A stretch of 64,000 bases of DNA from a virus. Position numbers and translations under genes: made by a program. Below the pieces are notes generated by a model, which ran no database searches, was not told where the DNA came from, and worked only from the letters and a program-made list of their open reading frames with translations. The stretch lies in IMG/VR virus record IMGVR_UViG_3300021964_000045, positions 12,859-76,858 of that record; one strand, 5' to 3'. This document shows, piece after piece, positions 1 through 10,280 of this stretch; position 1 is the first letter of the stretch, and every line of letters starts with the position of its first letter.

Positions 1-747
1 CAAGAATTTGTTGATCCTGCATTAGCACTTGCTGAAGCTGCAAGAATGTTGCTAGCTGATCCAATCATTGAACCTTTTGTTAAAGAAGCTGTAGGTGGTG
101 GTGTATCAATTACTACTAGTGCTTCAGGTGCTCCTGTAACTACTGTATACACAATTGAAGATGCATTGAATGGAACTTACGTACCATCTACTGATCCAGT
201 AGCTGATGCTGTTTCTGCTAAAGTTGCTTTTGTTGGTGCTTATGTAGATACTAAGTTTGGAGATTGTTCTTTTGATACACGTGATTACTTTGGTAAAGAG
301 CCAATTCAATTGGTAGCTTCTATCATGGATGAAACTGGTAACCCATGTAATGATTGTGGTACTGTAGTAACTACTCCAGGTACTATGCAACAAAAGACTG
401 GTGAGAGTGTTTTAAGAAACATTTTATTGACAGAGTCTTATGGGCAAGCTCCTTTCCATCAAGGAAACACGGATGCACAACGTATGCGTGAGATTGAAGG
501 ATCTGAGGAAGTAATTGCTGCTGTTGATCGTTCTGCTTTATACAAAGCTTACTATGTACAACACAGTATTCCACGTTTAAACAATGCTACAAGCGTATTT
601 GATAATGATCAGTATGTTTATGAAATCTTTGTTAAATGTGATGATGCTGCAACTCAAGGTGAAGTTGAAGCATTATTGGATGTATTGATTGCTGCAGCTG
701 TAGCTTCAGGAAACCCAATTGTAAGAGAAGATTCTATTGATCAATAA
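1..747 (+). CDS. Virion structural protein, 5'-truncated (possibly capsid auxiliary protein)
   Basis: Frame 1 is open from base 1, so the gene probably starts upstream of the window. Strongly biased codons (GCT/ACT/GGT), followed by a terminator, upstream of tail genes. Function is inferred from position only. Confidence 0.45.
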   Translation, partial: QEFVDPALALAEAARMLLADPIIEPFVKEAVGGGVSITTSASGAPVTTVYTIEDALNGTYVPSTDPVADAVSAKVAFVGAYVDTKFGDCSFDTRDYFGKEPIQLVASIMDETGNPCNDCGTVVTTPGTMQQKTGESVLRNILLTESYGQAPFHQGNTDAQRMREIEGSEEVIAAVDRSALYKAYYVQHSIPRLNNATSVFDNDQYVYEIFVKCDDAATQGEVEALLDVLIAAAVASGNPIVREDSIDQ

Positions 748-770
748 ATATTAGATAACTCTAAATAATG

Positions 771-806
771 AAGGGTGAGGGAGAAATCTCTCACCCTTTT
801 TATTTT
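771..806 (+). terminator. Rho-independent terminator
   Basis: aagggtgagggag-aaat-ctctcaccctt stem-loop followed by a T tract. Confidence 0.85.
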
Positions 807-820
807 ATAATTAGATCTTT

Positions 821-833
821 TTTTGTATATTAT
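821..833 (+). promoter_or_regulatory. Putative phage (late) promoter motif TTTTGTATATTAT
   Basis: Motif recurs intergenically upstream of gene starts at 821, 10225, 14401, 25120, 59861 (+) and 56773 (-). Confidence 0.65.
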
Positions 834-870
834 TACTGTAGCATAATAGTTTTATTTAATCAAAATAATC

Positions 871-1422
871 ATGGCAGATAAGCACATACTAAGTTTAGAA
901 GTTCCAACAGTAGCAAACTGTGAGATACTATCTATAAAAGATACAAGCCAATATTCATCTAAGCTTAATGTAGATTGCGGTGAAATATTCATTACTCCTC
1001 CTGGGTATAATGCACCTGCTATTATAAAAGTAGACCCAAATTTTGATGTTACTTTAAATGGGTGCCTTTTAGGAACTCAAGTTGATAATTGCGGTACAAT
1101 GAGAACACAATTACCTGATGGAATATATATAATTAAGTATGTTGTTTCTCCAGGATTAAAAGTTTTTGTAGAGTACAATCATTTAAGAATAACAAATTTA
1201 CTTACTTTATACTATGAAACTCTTTGTCATATTGATGTAAAGGATTGTGAACCCCATAGTGAAAGAAAAGATTTAATTGATGAAATGAAATATATTAGAA
1301 CTTTGATAGACGCAGCTGTAGCTAAAGTAGAATATTGCAATAGTCCATCAGAAGGTATGTCTTTATATGATTATGCTAAGAAAAGATTACAAAAGATATC
1401 TTGCAAAGTTGTAGGATGTTAA
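871..1422 (+). CDS. Hypothetical virion protein, Cys-rich (183 aa)
   Basis: Intact ORF in the structural module. Confidence 0.6.
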   Translation: MADKHILSLEVPTVANCEILSIKDTSQYSSKLNVDCGEIFITPPGYNAPAIIKVDPNFDVTLNGCLLGTQVDNCGTMRTQLPDGIYIIKYVVSPGLKVFVEYNHLRITNLLTLYYETLCHIDVKDCEPHSERKDLIDEMKYIRTLIDAAVAKVEYCNSPSEGMSLYDYAKKRLQKISCKVVGC

Positions 1423-1441
1423 ATTAAAAAACCAATAAATT

Positions 1442-1564
1442 ATGTGTAAGCACTGTAATAAATCATTTAGTTGTGGATGTCAAAAAACAAAAGCTTCAAA
1501 TGGAGTTATTGTTCACAAGACATGTCTTAAACAATATGAAGAAGCTTTAAAAAATAGCAAATAA
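1442..1564 (+). CDS. Small putative Zn-binding protein (40 aa; not in ORF track)
   Basis: Translated by hand: MCKHCNKSFSCGCQKTKASNGVIVHKTCLKQYEEALKNSK. Has CxxC...CGC...HxxC and fills the gap between two genes. Confidence 0.65.
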   Translation: MCKHCNKSFSCGCQKTKASNGVIVHKTCLKQYEEALKNSK

Positions 1565-1569
1565 ACAAC

Positions 1570-2076
1570 ATGGATTCTGCATTAGAAAAAACAATACACA
1601 CTCAGCAAAAATTTGCAACAGCAGTGTATAAAAATTTTATGTCATTAAGATATGGAATGGAACCTTGTTGCATTGTTGATATGGAAGCAGCTGTAATAGA
1701 TAAAGAACTTTGTGATTGGCAATCCTTAAAAAGTAAAAATGAAATGGGTTTAAGAAAAAGAAATATAAAACAATGTGAAACAGCTTCAGAAAAAGATGCT
1801 GTTATATGGACAAGTGTTGATGTAGATGCTTTAATAAAAAGATTAGACATATTAGAAACAACAACATTAGAAGATGAAAAAGATTTAAACTTTATATATG
1901 AACAACCTGTAGGATCACTTAAATGGGTTATAAATCACAATTTAGGTAAGAAGCCATCTGTAAGATTAGAAGATCTTGCTGGTAATGATCTTATGGCTGA
2001 AATAGATTATATAAATAATAATACATTAGAAATAGTATTTGCAATACCTGTTGCTGGTAGTGCTTATTTAAATTAA
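1570..2076 (+). CDS. Virion protein with C-terminal tail-fibre-type beta domain (168 aa)
   Basis: C-terminal WVINHNLGKKPSV...NNTLEIVF...GSAYLN resembles small HNL-type fibre-associated domains. Confidence 0.55.
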   Translation: MDSALEKTIHTQQKFATAVYKNFMSLRYGMEPCCIVDMEAAVIDKELCDWQSLKSKNEMGLRKRNIKQCETASEKDAVIWTSVDVDALIKRLDILETTTLEDEKDLNFIYEQPVGSLKWVINHNLGKKPSVRLEDLAGNDLMAEIDYINNNTLEIVFAIPVAGSAYLN

Positions 2077-2119
2077 TAGCAACAAATAAATAACAATTAA
2101 TAACAACTAAAAAACAATT

Positions 2120-3967
2120 ATGGCTTTTAAGTATTTGTCTCATTTAGAGACGTTAAACATTGACATGCAAGGGTATGAGTTACAGAATGCTGTAGTACAC
2201 TCTCTTACCACTGCAACAAGACCCGCCAGTCCAACTGAAGGGCAAATTATTTACAATCAGACATCATCTTCTTTAGAAGTTTATGATGGTTCTAGTTGGG
2301 TATCTGCAGCTGGTGATATTACTGCTGTAACTGCCGGTGCTGGTTTATCAGGCGGTGGTGCTTCAGGTTCTGTCACACTTGCTTTAGATTATGCTGGTGC
2401 TGATAACTTTATCTTAGCTGCTGGTGCAGGTTCAGGTGATGTTACAACATCAATGAAGATTGCAGTTAGTAATGCTTCAGATAATGTAGATTACTTTACA
2501 GTAGCTGCTTTACCATTTACAAATAACACTGGTACTGTAACTTCTGTTGGTGGTACTGGTACAGTAAGTGGTCTTACTCTTACAGGAACTGTAACTAGTT
2601 CTGGTAACTTAACACTTGGTGGTGCATTAACATTAACTTCAGCACAAATAGTAGCTGGTTTAGGTTATACACCTTATGATGAGACAAATCCAGACGGATT
2701 TACAGATTTTGCTGAACCAGGTATTTTCTCTGGTGGAGGTACTCCTACATTAGCTGCTGGCGTTACTGCTGCAGAAATCAGAACATTAATTGGTGCTGGT
2801 ACTTCAAGTACTTCAGGTACGGTTACTTCTGTTGCTGCTGCTGGTAATGACGGAATTACAGTTTCTGGTTCTCCAATTACTGGTGCTGGTACTATTACGT
2901 TAGGTTTATCAGACGGTGGGGTTAGTAATGCTAAATTAGCTAATTCTTCTGTAACGTTTGGTTCTACTACAGTTGCATTAGGTGCTACTTCAACTTCTAT
3001 TGCTGGTTTAACTGCATTAGATTTTGTAGCAGGTGATAGATCAATTGGTGCTTCTATTGGTGCTAATGATTTAACTCTTGGTGCTGCTGCATCTACAGTT
3101 GTAATTCCTGGTAACTTAACTGTTAACGGAACAACAACAACTGTTAATTCTAACACTGTAAATATTGGTGATGCAATTATCACATTGAATTCTGATGAAG
3201 CAGGTGCTCCTTCTCAAAACGCAGGTTTTGAAGTAGAAAGAGGTACATCAGCTAATGTTCAGTTTGTATGGGATGAATCAGCTGATAGATGGGACTTTGG
3301 TGCTGCCTATGATGTACGTGCTAATGCCTTTGTTGGTGATCTAGAAGGTAATGCTGACACAGCATCTGCTTGGGCAACTGGAAGAACTATTACTCTTGGT
3401 GGTGATGCTGCTGGTTCTGTATCAATTGATGGTACTGCCAACGTAACTCTTACTGTTTCTGGTGTTGAAGCATCTAGCGTTAAAGCTAACTCTGTTGCTC
3501 TTGGAACTGATACTACTGGTAACTATGTGAAATCTATTGTTGCTGGTGAAGGTATTGATGTTACTGCAGCTGGTGAAGGTGCAGACGTAACAATTTCTGC
3601 TGAAGATGCTTCTACAAGTAATAAAGGTATTGTTGAATTAGCAACATCTGCTGAAGCAGTAGCAGGAACTGATACTTCACGTGCTGTAACACCAGCAGGA
3701 GCCAATGCATTAGTTACAGACAGAATAAATGCACATAAGTTTGCTGATACGATGCCAGCAGGGCTAGTAGTTTATCCAGCTCCGCATGGTTTTGGTAGTA
3801 CTTTTGGTGTTGTTACTGTTCTTCCTATAGTTGCTACTCTTTTTGATGCAGTAACAGGTGAGCAAGTTATGGCTGAAATGGTTCAAGTAGATCCAGATAA
3901 CCTTGAAATTAGATTGGTAGCACCACATGCTAACGATATAATTATAGCATTACAATACGTTGGGTAA
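2120..3967 (+). CDS. Tail fibre protein (615 aa)
   Basis: G/A/S/T-rich, with GTVTSV repeats, GNLTVNGTTTTVNS, KGIVELAT..E...GTD..RAVTP fibre repeat. Confidence 0.8.
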   Translation: MAFKYLSHLETLNIDMQGYELQNAVVHSLTTATRPASPTEGQIIYNQTSSSLEVYDGSSWVSAAGDITAVTAGAGLSGGGASGSVTLALDYAGADNFILAAGAGSGDVTTSMKIAVSNASDNVDYFTVAALPFTNNTGTVTSVGGTGTVSGLTLTGTVTSSGNLTLGGALTLTSAQIVAGLGYTPYDETNPDGFTDFAEPGIFSGGGTPTLAAGVTAAEIRTLIGAGTSSTSGTVTSVAAAGNDGITVSGSPITGAGTITLGLSDGGVSNAKLANSSVTFGSTTVALGATSTSIAGLTALDFVAGDRSIGASIGANDLTLGAAASTVVIPGNLTVNGTTTTVNSNTVNIGDAIITLNSDEAGAPSQNAGFEVERGTSANVQFVWDESADRWDFGAAYDVRANAFVGDLEGNADTASAWATGRTITLGGDAAGSVSIDGTANVTLTVSGVEASSVKANSVALGTDTTGNYVKSIVAGEGIDVTAAGEGADVTISAEDASTSNKGIVELATSAEAVAGTDTSRAVTPAGANALVTDRINAHKFADTMPAGLVVYPAPHGFGSTFGVVTVLPIVATLFDAVTGEQVMAEMVQVDPDNLEIRLVAPHANDIIIALQYVG

Positions 3968-4011
3968 TAATTAAATAATCAATTAGATTTGTAAAATCTA
4001 AAAAAAGAAAT

Positions 4012-7000
4012 ATGGCAATTAAAATTTTATCTTCATTAGAACTTGGCAATTATCAGTTTTCATCAGAAGATGGTAGCAATGGTCAAGTGTTAACAACAGA
4101 TGGTAGTGGAAATGTGAGTTTTCAATCAATCCCACAATCTTCTAACTTTTATTTGAACGGTGCATCTTTTAATACAGGCTCAGGGGTATTAACTTTGACT
4201 GTTAATGGTGCAACTAATCAAACTGTTGATTTAGATGGCAGATATGCTTTAAGCAGTCATGTTCATGATTATGACAATTATGGTTCTTGGTCACTTAAAA
4301 CAAATAGTGTTCAAAGAACTACTGTACAGTCTGGGGGCACATTAGATCTTATTGCAGGATCTAATGTAGCCCTCAGCTACAGTGCTGGAGGAAAAGTCAC
4401 AATTTCTTCCACAGATACAAATGATAATACAAATCATTATGTGACAGGTGCATCTTTTAGTACCAGCAATGGTATACTAACATTAAGTAGACTTGGTTTA
4501 GGTGATCTAACGGTAGACCTAGATGGTAGGTTTACAGATAATGGTTACGCAGATGCAATGAATCAACATGTAAGAGTTGCTGATTCACCTACATTTAGAA
4601 ATTTAACTCTTGGGGGAACAGCTAATCCTAGATTAGATTTTAATGGATCAAGTGATACTGGTGTTGATATGTCAATTGTAGCTACTCCGGAAGGTCTTGA
4701 TTTTATTGAGCCAGAACAATCTGATAAAATACAGTTTCAAATATTTGATGATGGTGGTGTAAATTCTCCATTTGGTTATCAGTGGAACGGTCAATCATTA
4801 GATTCAAGGTATGCAGCGGCTTCTCATGAACATCCTATTTCAGAAGTAGCAGGTTTACAAGAACAATTAGATGGTTTACAACCAGCTGGTTCTTATTTAA
4901 CAAATGAGACTTTAACAGAATTATCTATAAGTGCTAATGTTCTTACATATAAAGATGAAGCAGGAGTTACCCATGATATAGATTTATCATTATATTTAGA
5001 TGATAGTAATCTTGCTAGATTGACAAGTGGTACTCTTAATGGTAGTACAGGTGTTGCAACTTTTACGCGAAGTGATAGCTCTACATTTACTGTAGATTTT
5101 AGTGCATTTCTTGCAGACGCTAATAACTATGCTGATGCACTTTCTTTTAGTACTAGCAATGGTGTTCTTACTTTAGGAAGAAACGGATCTTTAGCTGATT
5201 TAACTGTAGATTTAGATGGTAGATATTTAACCTCATTACCAAGTCATAACCACAATTCATTATATGATACAATTGGTTCTGCCAATGAAGTAAACACAAG
5301 AATTGATCAAGAAGTATTACCTGCTATTGATGCTAAATTAGATAGTTCTGTAAATCCAATTAAAGCTGCTACAGTGTCTAATGATACTATTACATTTACA
5401 AGAGCAGATAATACAACATTTAATGTAACAACTTCTGATGCAAATACATGGAGAGGAATTCATGATACACCAGTTGATGGTGCTACTGCAATTTCAATTA
5501 GTTCTAACTGGGCTTTTGATAATGTTAAAAAAGCAGTTCCTTCTAATGCGGTATTTACAGATACTAATACACAGCTTACAGATGCGCAGGTTAGAAGTAA
5601 ATTTAGTGCTGGTTCAAATGTTTCTATAAGTTCATCTGGTGTAATATCATCAACTGATACAAATACTGATACAAATAATTATTTAAGTTCTGCTTCTTTT
5701 AATACAACTAATGGAGTACTTACACTTAATAGAAGTGGATTGGGTGCAGTAACCGTTGACTTAGATGGGCGTTATGCTTATAGTTCACATAACCACACTT
5801 CTTTAACAGGAGTTACTTCCATAGGCTTTGCTGCACAATCATCAGATGCTGCTTCAATTTCAACAACCATTAGTAGTACATCAACATTTTTTGATTTTAA
5901 CTTAACTGATGACAATAGTAATGATTGGTGGAGATGGAGGTTTACACCTTCAGGTAGTACGGTTTATGATGCAATGACATTAAAACCTATAAGCAATGGT
6001 AGATCAGATTTAACTCTTTCTGGTGTTATGTATGCTTCTGGTGGTAATAGTGGTCAATGGAATCAAGCAGTTGCTTGGGGTAATCATGCTCTTGCCGGAT
6101 ACACAAGTAATGTAGGTACTTTAACAGGTATATCTACAGGTACTGGTTTGGATGGAACTTGGAGTTCTGGTTCTGGTACTATTACTTTGGATTTATCTGA
6201 GTTAGCTGATAAAACTGATGCTATTGATGCTTCAGTTGATGAAATAATAATGTTAGATAATGGAGCAGAAAGAAGAAAAAGGTTTGCTGAAATCTTTGGT
6301 TCTGCTGCATATGTGAATACAGGATCTTTTGATGCTGCTGGTTCAGCTGCTGCTGTAGCTGATGAACTCAATCTAAGAATTGATAATGAAGTTTTTTCTG
6401 CAATCCCAACAAATAACAATCAATTAACAAATGGGGCTGGTTATATCACGGATGGTAATACTGGGTGGAATAACACTTACGGTTTTATTACAGATGGTAA
6501 TACTAATTGGAATAATACTTATGGGTTTATTACTGCTAGTTCTACCGACACCCTAACTAATAAGTCAGGTAATATCTCTCAATGGACTAATGATTCTGGA
6601 TATATTACATCTATACCATCATCATATGCAACTGATTCTGAAGTTGACACTAAAATAACTACAGCAATTAATAATCTTATTGATGGTGCACCTGGTGCGC
6701 TTAATACATTAAATGAATTAGCTGCAGCAATTGGTGATAATTCTAGCTATGCAGCTAGTATCACTACAGCATTGGCTGGAAAGCAAGCAGCAGGTAATTA
6801 CTTTACAGATGGTGATACTGTTATTAACATGGCTAATAATGATGGTTTTGTTTATAATGACTCAACCAACAGAATGTATGTTAAACTTGATGGTAGTGAC
6901 AAGGAGATTTATCATACAGGTAATTTTAATCCTGCAAGTTATCAAGCTGCAGGTACATACAATACTATTATTGGTACAGACTCAGATATAAATACTTCTG

Positions 7001-8904
7001 GAGCTACTATTATAGATAACATCTACGTTACTGATGGTGTAATTACAAGCATGGGAACAAGAGTATTGACCTTAGCAAATTTAGGTTATACCGGTGCTAC
7101 TAATGCAAACTACATAACAAATAACAATCAGTTAACAAACGGTGCAGGATACCTAACTTCTACAAACGACAGAAACTATATTACAGATAGTAGAGGTGGT
7201 TATAGACTTCCTTCTTATTATAATGACAGATATGCTCAATGGGATTTCCAAAGTAGTACAGATACTGCAGCCGGAGGTGATGAATGGCATGGTATTTTAA
7301 CTGTATCCAAATGGTCAGCTTTTGATATAACCCATAGACAAGAACAATTATTATTTACTGGGGATAATTTAAAAAGAAGAACTGCATTAAGTGATAGTGA
7401 GTGGGGTGAAGTTAAAACTATTTGGGACTCTGGTAATATTAATCCAATTGTTTCTGCTACTGTATCAAATGATACTACAACCTACACAAAGGCTGATGGT
7501 AGTACGTTTGCACTAACTACTTCAGATGCTAATAGCAATGTTTATGTAACAGGTGCTTCATTTAATACAGGTAATGGTGTACTAACATTAACTAGAAATT
7601 CAGGATCTGTTACAGTTGATCTTGATGGGCGCTACTTACAAAGTATTAGTTCATCAAATGTTACAACTGCTTTAGGTTATACTCCTTTGAGTACATCAGG
7701 TAAAGCTGCAGATTCAAACCTTTTAGATGGATTAGACTTAGCAACAGGTAGAAATAATGTAGCAAATCAAGTTGTAAGAACCAATTCAAGTGGTTACGCT
7801 GACTTTGGTTGGATTAACACAACATCTGGAAACACAACAGGTACTCTTACAGATATATATGTAAACACTAATGATGGATACATAAGAAAAGCAACACCTG
7901 CTCATTTTAGAAGTCAGATTACTGATGGTGCTTATGACTCTATAGGTTCAGCAGATGCTGTTAACGCTCGTATTGATAATGAAGTGTTACCAGCTATACC
8001 TATAAATAATAATCAGTTGACTAACGGGGCTGGATATATAACATCTTATGTAGATACAAACTACTACTTAAACGGAATTACTAAGAGTGGTAATACTTTA
8101 ACATTCTCTGTAAACGGAACTACTAATCAGACCTACACATTTGGCGATGCTGCATTCCAAAACGCTGCGGCTATGACTGTAGCAGAAGCAGGTTATGCTT
8201 CAAGTGCAGGTGAAGCAAATTATGCTGAGAGTGCAGGTGCTGTAGATTGGGCGGCAGTGACAAGTAAGCCTACAATACCTACAAATAATAACCAATTAAC
8301 AAACGGTGCAGGATATATTACATCTTATGTAAACACCACATACTCAGCTGATGGTAATTATGGTATGACTTTATCTGGCACTACATTCAGATTAGAAGAT
8401 GATAGAAGAAGAAACTCAACATCTACTGATATATATACAGGTAATACACATGATTTTACTTGGTATGATGCATCTGTAGGTATTAGATGGTATACTGCTG
8501 GTGCTGAAGATATGCGTTTGCAAGATAACGGTACACTTCATGTAGATGGTGATGTTATTGCTTATTCTAGTACAATATCTGATAAAAGACTTAAAGATGA
8601 TGTTGTTACAATAACAAATGCTGTAGACAAAATTAAAGCATTAAGGGGAGTTGAATACACATGGAATGCAGGTACAAGAAAAGATAAAAGAGATCTTGGT
8701 CTTATAGCTCAGGAAGTTGAAGAAGTTTTACCAGAGATTGTGCATGAGCATGAAATGCCTCTTATGGAAGATGCTGAAGAAGGTACAGTTTACAAAACAG
8801 TTGATTATGAAAAAATTGTAGGTGTATTAATTGAAGGTATGAAAGAACAACAAGCGGAGATTGACTTATTGAAAGCAGAAGTAAAATTATTAAAAAGTAA
8901 CTAA
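4012..8904 (+). CDS. Long tail fibre with C-terminal intramolecular chaperone (peptidase S74), 1630 aa
   Basis: C-terminal SDKRLK...LRGVEYTW...GLIAQEVEEVLPEIV...VDYEK plus coiled coil; internal fibre repeats; GAPGALNTLNELAAAIGD motif. Confidence 0.9.
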   Translation: MAIKILSSLELGNYQFSSEDGSNGQVLTTDGSGNVSFQSIPQSSNFYLNGASFNTGSGVLTLTVNGATNQTVDLDGRYALSSHVHDYDNYGSWSLKTNSVQRTTVQSGGTLDLIAGSNVALSYSAGGKVTISSTDTNDNTNHYVTGASFSTSNGILTLSRLGLGDLTVDLDGRFTDNGYADAMNQHVRVADSPTFRNLTLGGTANPRLDFNGSSDTGVDMSIVATPEGLDFIEPEQSDKIQFQIFDDGGVNSPFGYQWNGQSLDSRYAAASHEHPISEVAGLQEQLDGLQPAGSYLTNETLTELSISANVLTYKDEAGVTHDIDLSLYLDDSNLARLTSGTLNGSTGVATFTRSDSSTFTVDFSAFLADANNYADALSFSTSNGVLTLGRNGSLADLTVDLDGRYLTSLPSHNHNSLYDTIGSANEVNTRIDQEVLPAIDAKLDSSVNPIKAATVSNDTITFTRADNTTFNVTTSDANTWRGIHDTPVDGATAISISSNWAFDNVKKAVPSNAVFTDTNTQLTDAQVRSKFSAGSNVSISSSGVISSTDTNTDTNNYLSSASFNTTNGVLTLNRSGLGAVTVDLDGRYAYSSHNHTSLTGVTSIGFAAQSSDAASISTTISSTSTFFDFNLTDDNSNDWWRWRFTPSGSTVYDAMTLKPISNGRSDLTLSGVMYASGGNSGQWNQAVAWGNHALAGYTSNVGTLTGISTGTGLDGTWSSGSGTITLDLSELADKTDAIDASVDEIIMLDNGAERRKRFAEIFGSAAYVNTGSFDAAGSAAAVADELNLRIDNEVFSAIPTNNNQLTNGAGYITDGNTGWNNTYGFITDGNTNWNNTYGFITASSTDTLTNKSGNISQWTNDSGYITSIPSSYATDSEVDTKITTAINNLIDGAPGALNTLNELAAAIGDNSSYAASITTALAGKQAAGNYFTDGDTVINMANNDGFVYNDSTNRMYVKLDGSDKEIYHTGNFNPASYQAAGTYNTIIGTDSDINTSGATIIDNIYVTDGVITSMGTRVLTLANLGYTGATNANYITNNNQLTNGAGYLTSTNDRNYITDSRGGYRLPSYYNDRYAQWDFQSSTDTAAGGDEWHGILTVSKWSAFDITHRQEQLLFTGDNLKRRTALSDSEWGEVKTIWDSGNINPIVSATVSNDTTTYTKADGSTFALTTSDANSNVYVTGASFNTGNGVLTLTRNSGSVTVDLDGRYLQSISSSNVTTALGYTPLSTSGKAADSNLLDGLDLATGRNNVANQVVRTNSSGYADFGWINTTSGNTTGTLTDIYVNTNDGYIRKATPAHFRSQITDGAYDSIGSADAVNARIDNEVLPAIPINNNQLTNGAGYITSYVDTNYYLNGITKSGNTLTFSVNGTTNQTYTFGDAAFQNAAAMTVAEAGYASSAGEANYAESAGAVDWAAVTSKPTIPTNNNQLTNGAGYITSYVNTTYSADGNYGMTLSGTTFRLEDDRRRNSTSTDIYTGNTHDFTWYDASVGIRWYTAGAEDMRLQDNGTLHVDGDVIAYSSTISDKRLKDDVVTITNAVDKIKALRGVEYTWNAGTRKDKRDLGLIAQEVEEVLPEIVHEHEMPLMEDAEEGTVYKTVDYEKIVGVLIEGMKEQQAEIDLLKAEVKLLKSN

Positions 8905-8905
8905 T

Positions 8906-9805
8906 ATGCCACTTCAAGGATCAGGTCAAATAAGTATAAGTGATATTAATGCAGAGCTTGGATTATCAAATTCAAATTCAAGTTTAAGAACTTTATCTGC
9001 TGATGCTGGATTTTCTACTCCAGATGCAATGTCTGAGTTTTATGATTATAGTTCTAGTCCACCAGAAGTAAATGAATATTTTTGGGATTTTGTTGAAGAT
9101 CAAAACGGTACTCGTTATTTAGCTAATTTTCCCAGCATTAGCCATACAGATAATTTTTCATTTAGTATGTGGGTACGGCCTTCATGGACGGCTACAGATA
9201 TTAATGTTGTTTTGTTTGACTTCGTACAGGATACCAGTAATAGGTTTTTCCTAATTTATGACTACGGATTAAATAGATTTGTTTGGAGGTACAGGTCTGC
9301 CGGAGCTAATTTTGATAGACAGTGGAACCTAACAGGAGCTAACAGTGCAGCTACAGGCTTGGGTACTAACTGGAGCGCAATAAATAGAGGACTCCGTAAC
9401 GGATTTGATTTTGTACATCTTGCAGGGTCTTATGATGCTTCTCAAACTAATGCTTCTAATGCTTATAAGATATATTGGAACGGTGTAGAAATGCCTGTAC
9501 AAGCAGTAGCAAACAGTAACGCAAAAAACGACTTTATTAAAGAGTCTTTATACATAGATGTTAACGGAACAAACAGTACTGCTGATAGAGATGCTGAATT
9601 TGATAATATTGCCTTCTGGAAAGGTAGGGTACTTTCTGCTGCTGATATCACAGCATTATACAATAACGGAACACCGGCTACAGCAGCATTTGTCAATCAA
9701 GAAAACAGTCTAGACTTTGAAGCCACCTTTGAAGAAGGAATACCAGAGGATACTACTGGTAACTGGCAATTAGAGTACGCTGGAGGAAACCCAGAACCGT
9801 ATTAA
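8906..9805 (+). CDS. Fibre-tip adhesin: gp38-like N-terminal anchor plus LamG/concanavalin-like domain (299 aa)
   Basis: N-terminal SGQISISDINAELG...MSEFY; FSFSMWVRP, VHLAGSYD, KIYWNG, RVLSAADITALYNNG are typical of LamG_3 domains; starts 1 nt after the fibre gene. Confidence 0.75.
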   Translation: MPLQGSGQISISDINAELGLSNSNSSLRTLSADAGFSTPDAMSEFYDYSSSPPEVNEYFWDFVEDQNGTRYLANFPSISHTDNFSFSMWVRPSWTATDINVVLFDFVQDTSNRFFLIYDYGLNRFVWRYRSAGANFDRQWNLTGANSAATGLGTNWSAINRGLRNGFDFVHLAGSYDASQTNASNAYKIYWNGVEMPVQAVANSNAKNDFIKESLYIDVNGTNSTADRDAEFDNIAFWKGRVLSAADITALYNNGTPATAAFVNQENSLDFEATFEEGIPEDTTGNWQLEYAGGNPEPY

Positions 9806-9841
9806 AATTAACAAATATTTTTTTATTTAAATTTCTTTTGA

Positions 9842-9849
9842 TATATTTG
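9842..9849 (+). promoter_or_regulatory. Bacteroidota sigma-A type -7 element TATATTTG
   Basis: Matches TAnnTTTG; intergenic, 22 nt before ATG at 9872. Confidence 0.5.
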
Positions 9850-9871
9850 TAGAAATTAATTTTATAATACC

Positions 9872-10156
9872 ATGGCAAAAGCAAAAAAATCAACACCAGC
9901 AGTAGAAAAGATTTCTGCTGAAGAATTAGAACAATTACAAGGTTTGCAAAAATCAATTGGATCAGCTTTAAACAGCTTATCAAATATTGAGATTGCAAAG
10001 TTTGAACTACTTAATGATCATTCTAGAATGAAAGCAGCAATGCAAGAACTTTCTGCTCAACTACAAGAAAAATATGGGGAAGTAAATATTTCTCTTATTG
10101 ATGGAGTTATTTCAGAAGTACCTGCTCAAGAAGCTGAAATGGAAGTTGCTAAATAG
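9872..10156 (+). CDS. Small coiled-coil protein, possible fibre assembly chaperone (94 aa)
   Basis: Heptad pattern ending LQEKYGEVNISLIDG; follows fibre genes. Confidence 0.5.
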   Translation: MAKAKKSTPAVEKISAEELEQLQGLQKSIGSALNSLSNIEIAKFELLNDHSRMKAAMQELSAQLQEKYGEVNISLIDGVISEVPAQEAEMEVAK

Positions 10157-10224
10157 CATCACTTACATTTTTTAAATCCTATTTTATAACTTAAGTAATC
10201 ATCTTCTTGTTTGATTACAAAAAC

Positions 10225-10237
10225 TTTTGTATATTAT
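10225..10237 (+). promoter_or_regulatory. Putative phage (late) promoter motif TTTTGTATATTAT
   Basis: Exact copy of the recurrent motif upstream of 10281. Confidence 0.65.
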
Positions 10238-10280
10238 ATATATATACAAGTAGGTTTTCTAAGTTGTAAAATAGGATTTT

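Noticed and set aside
1-747. Major capsid protein call for the first ORF
   Set aside because: Truncated, with no recognisable HK97-fold motif; left as a generic structural protein
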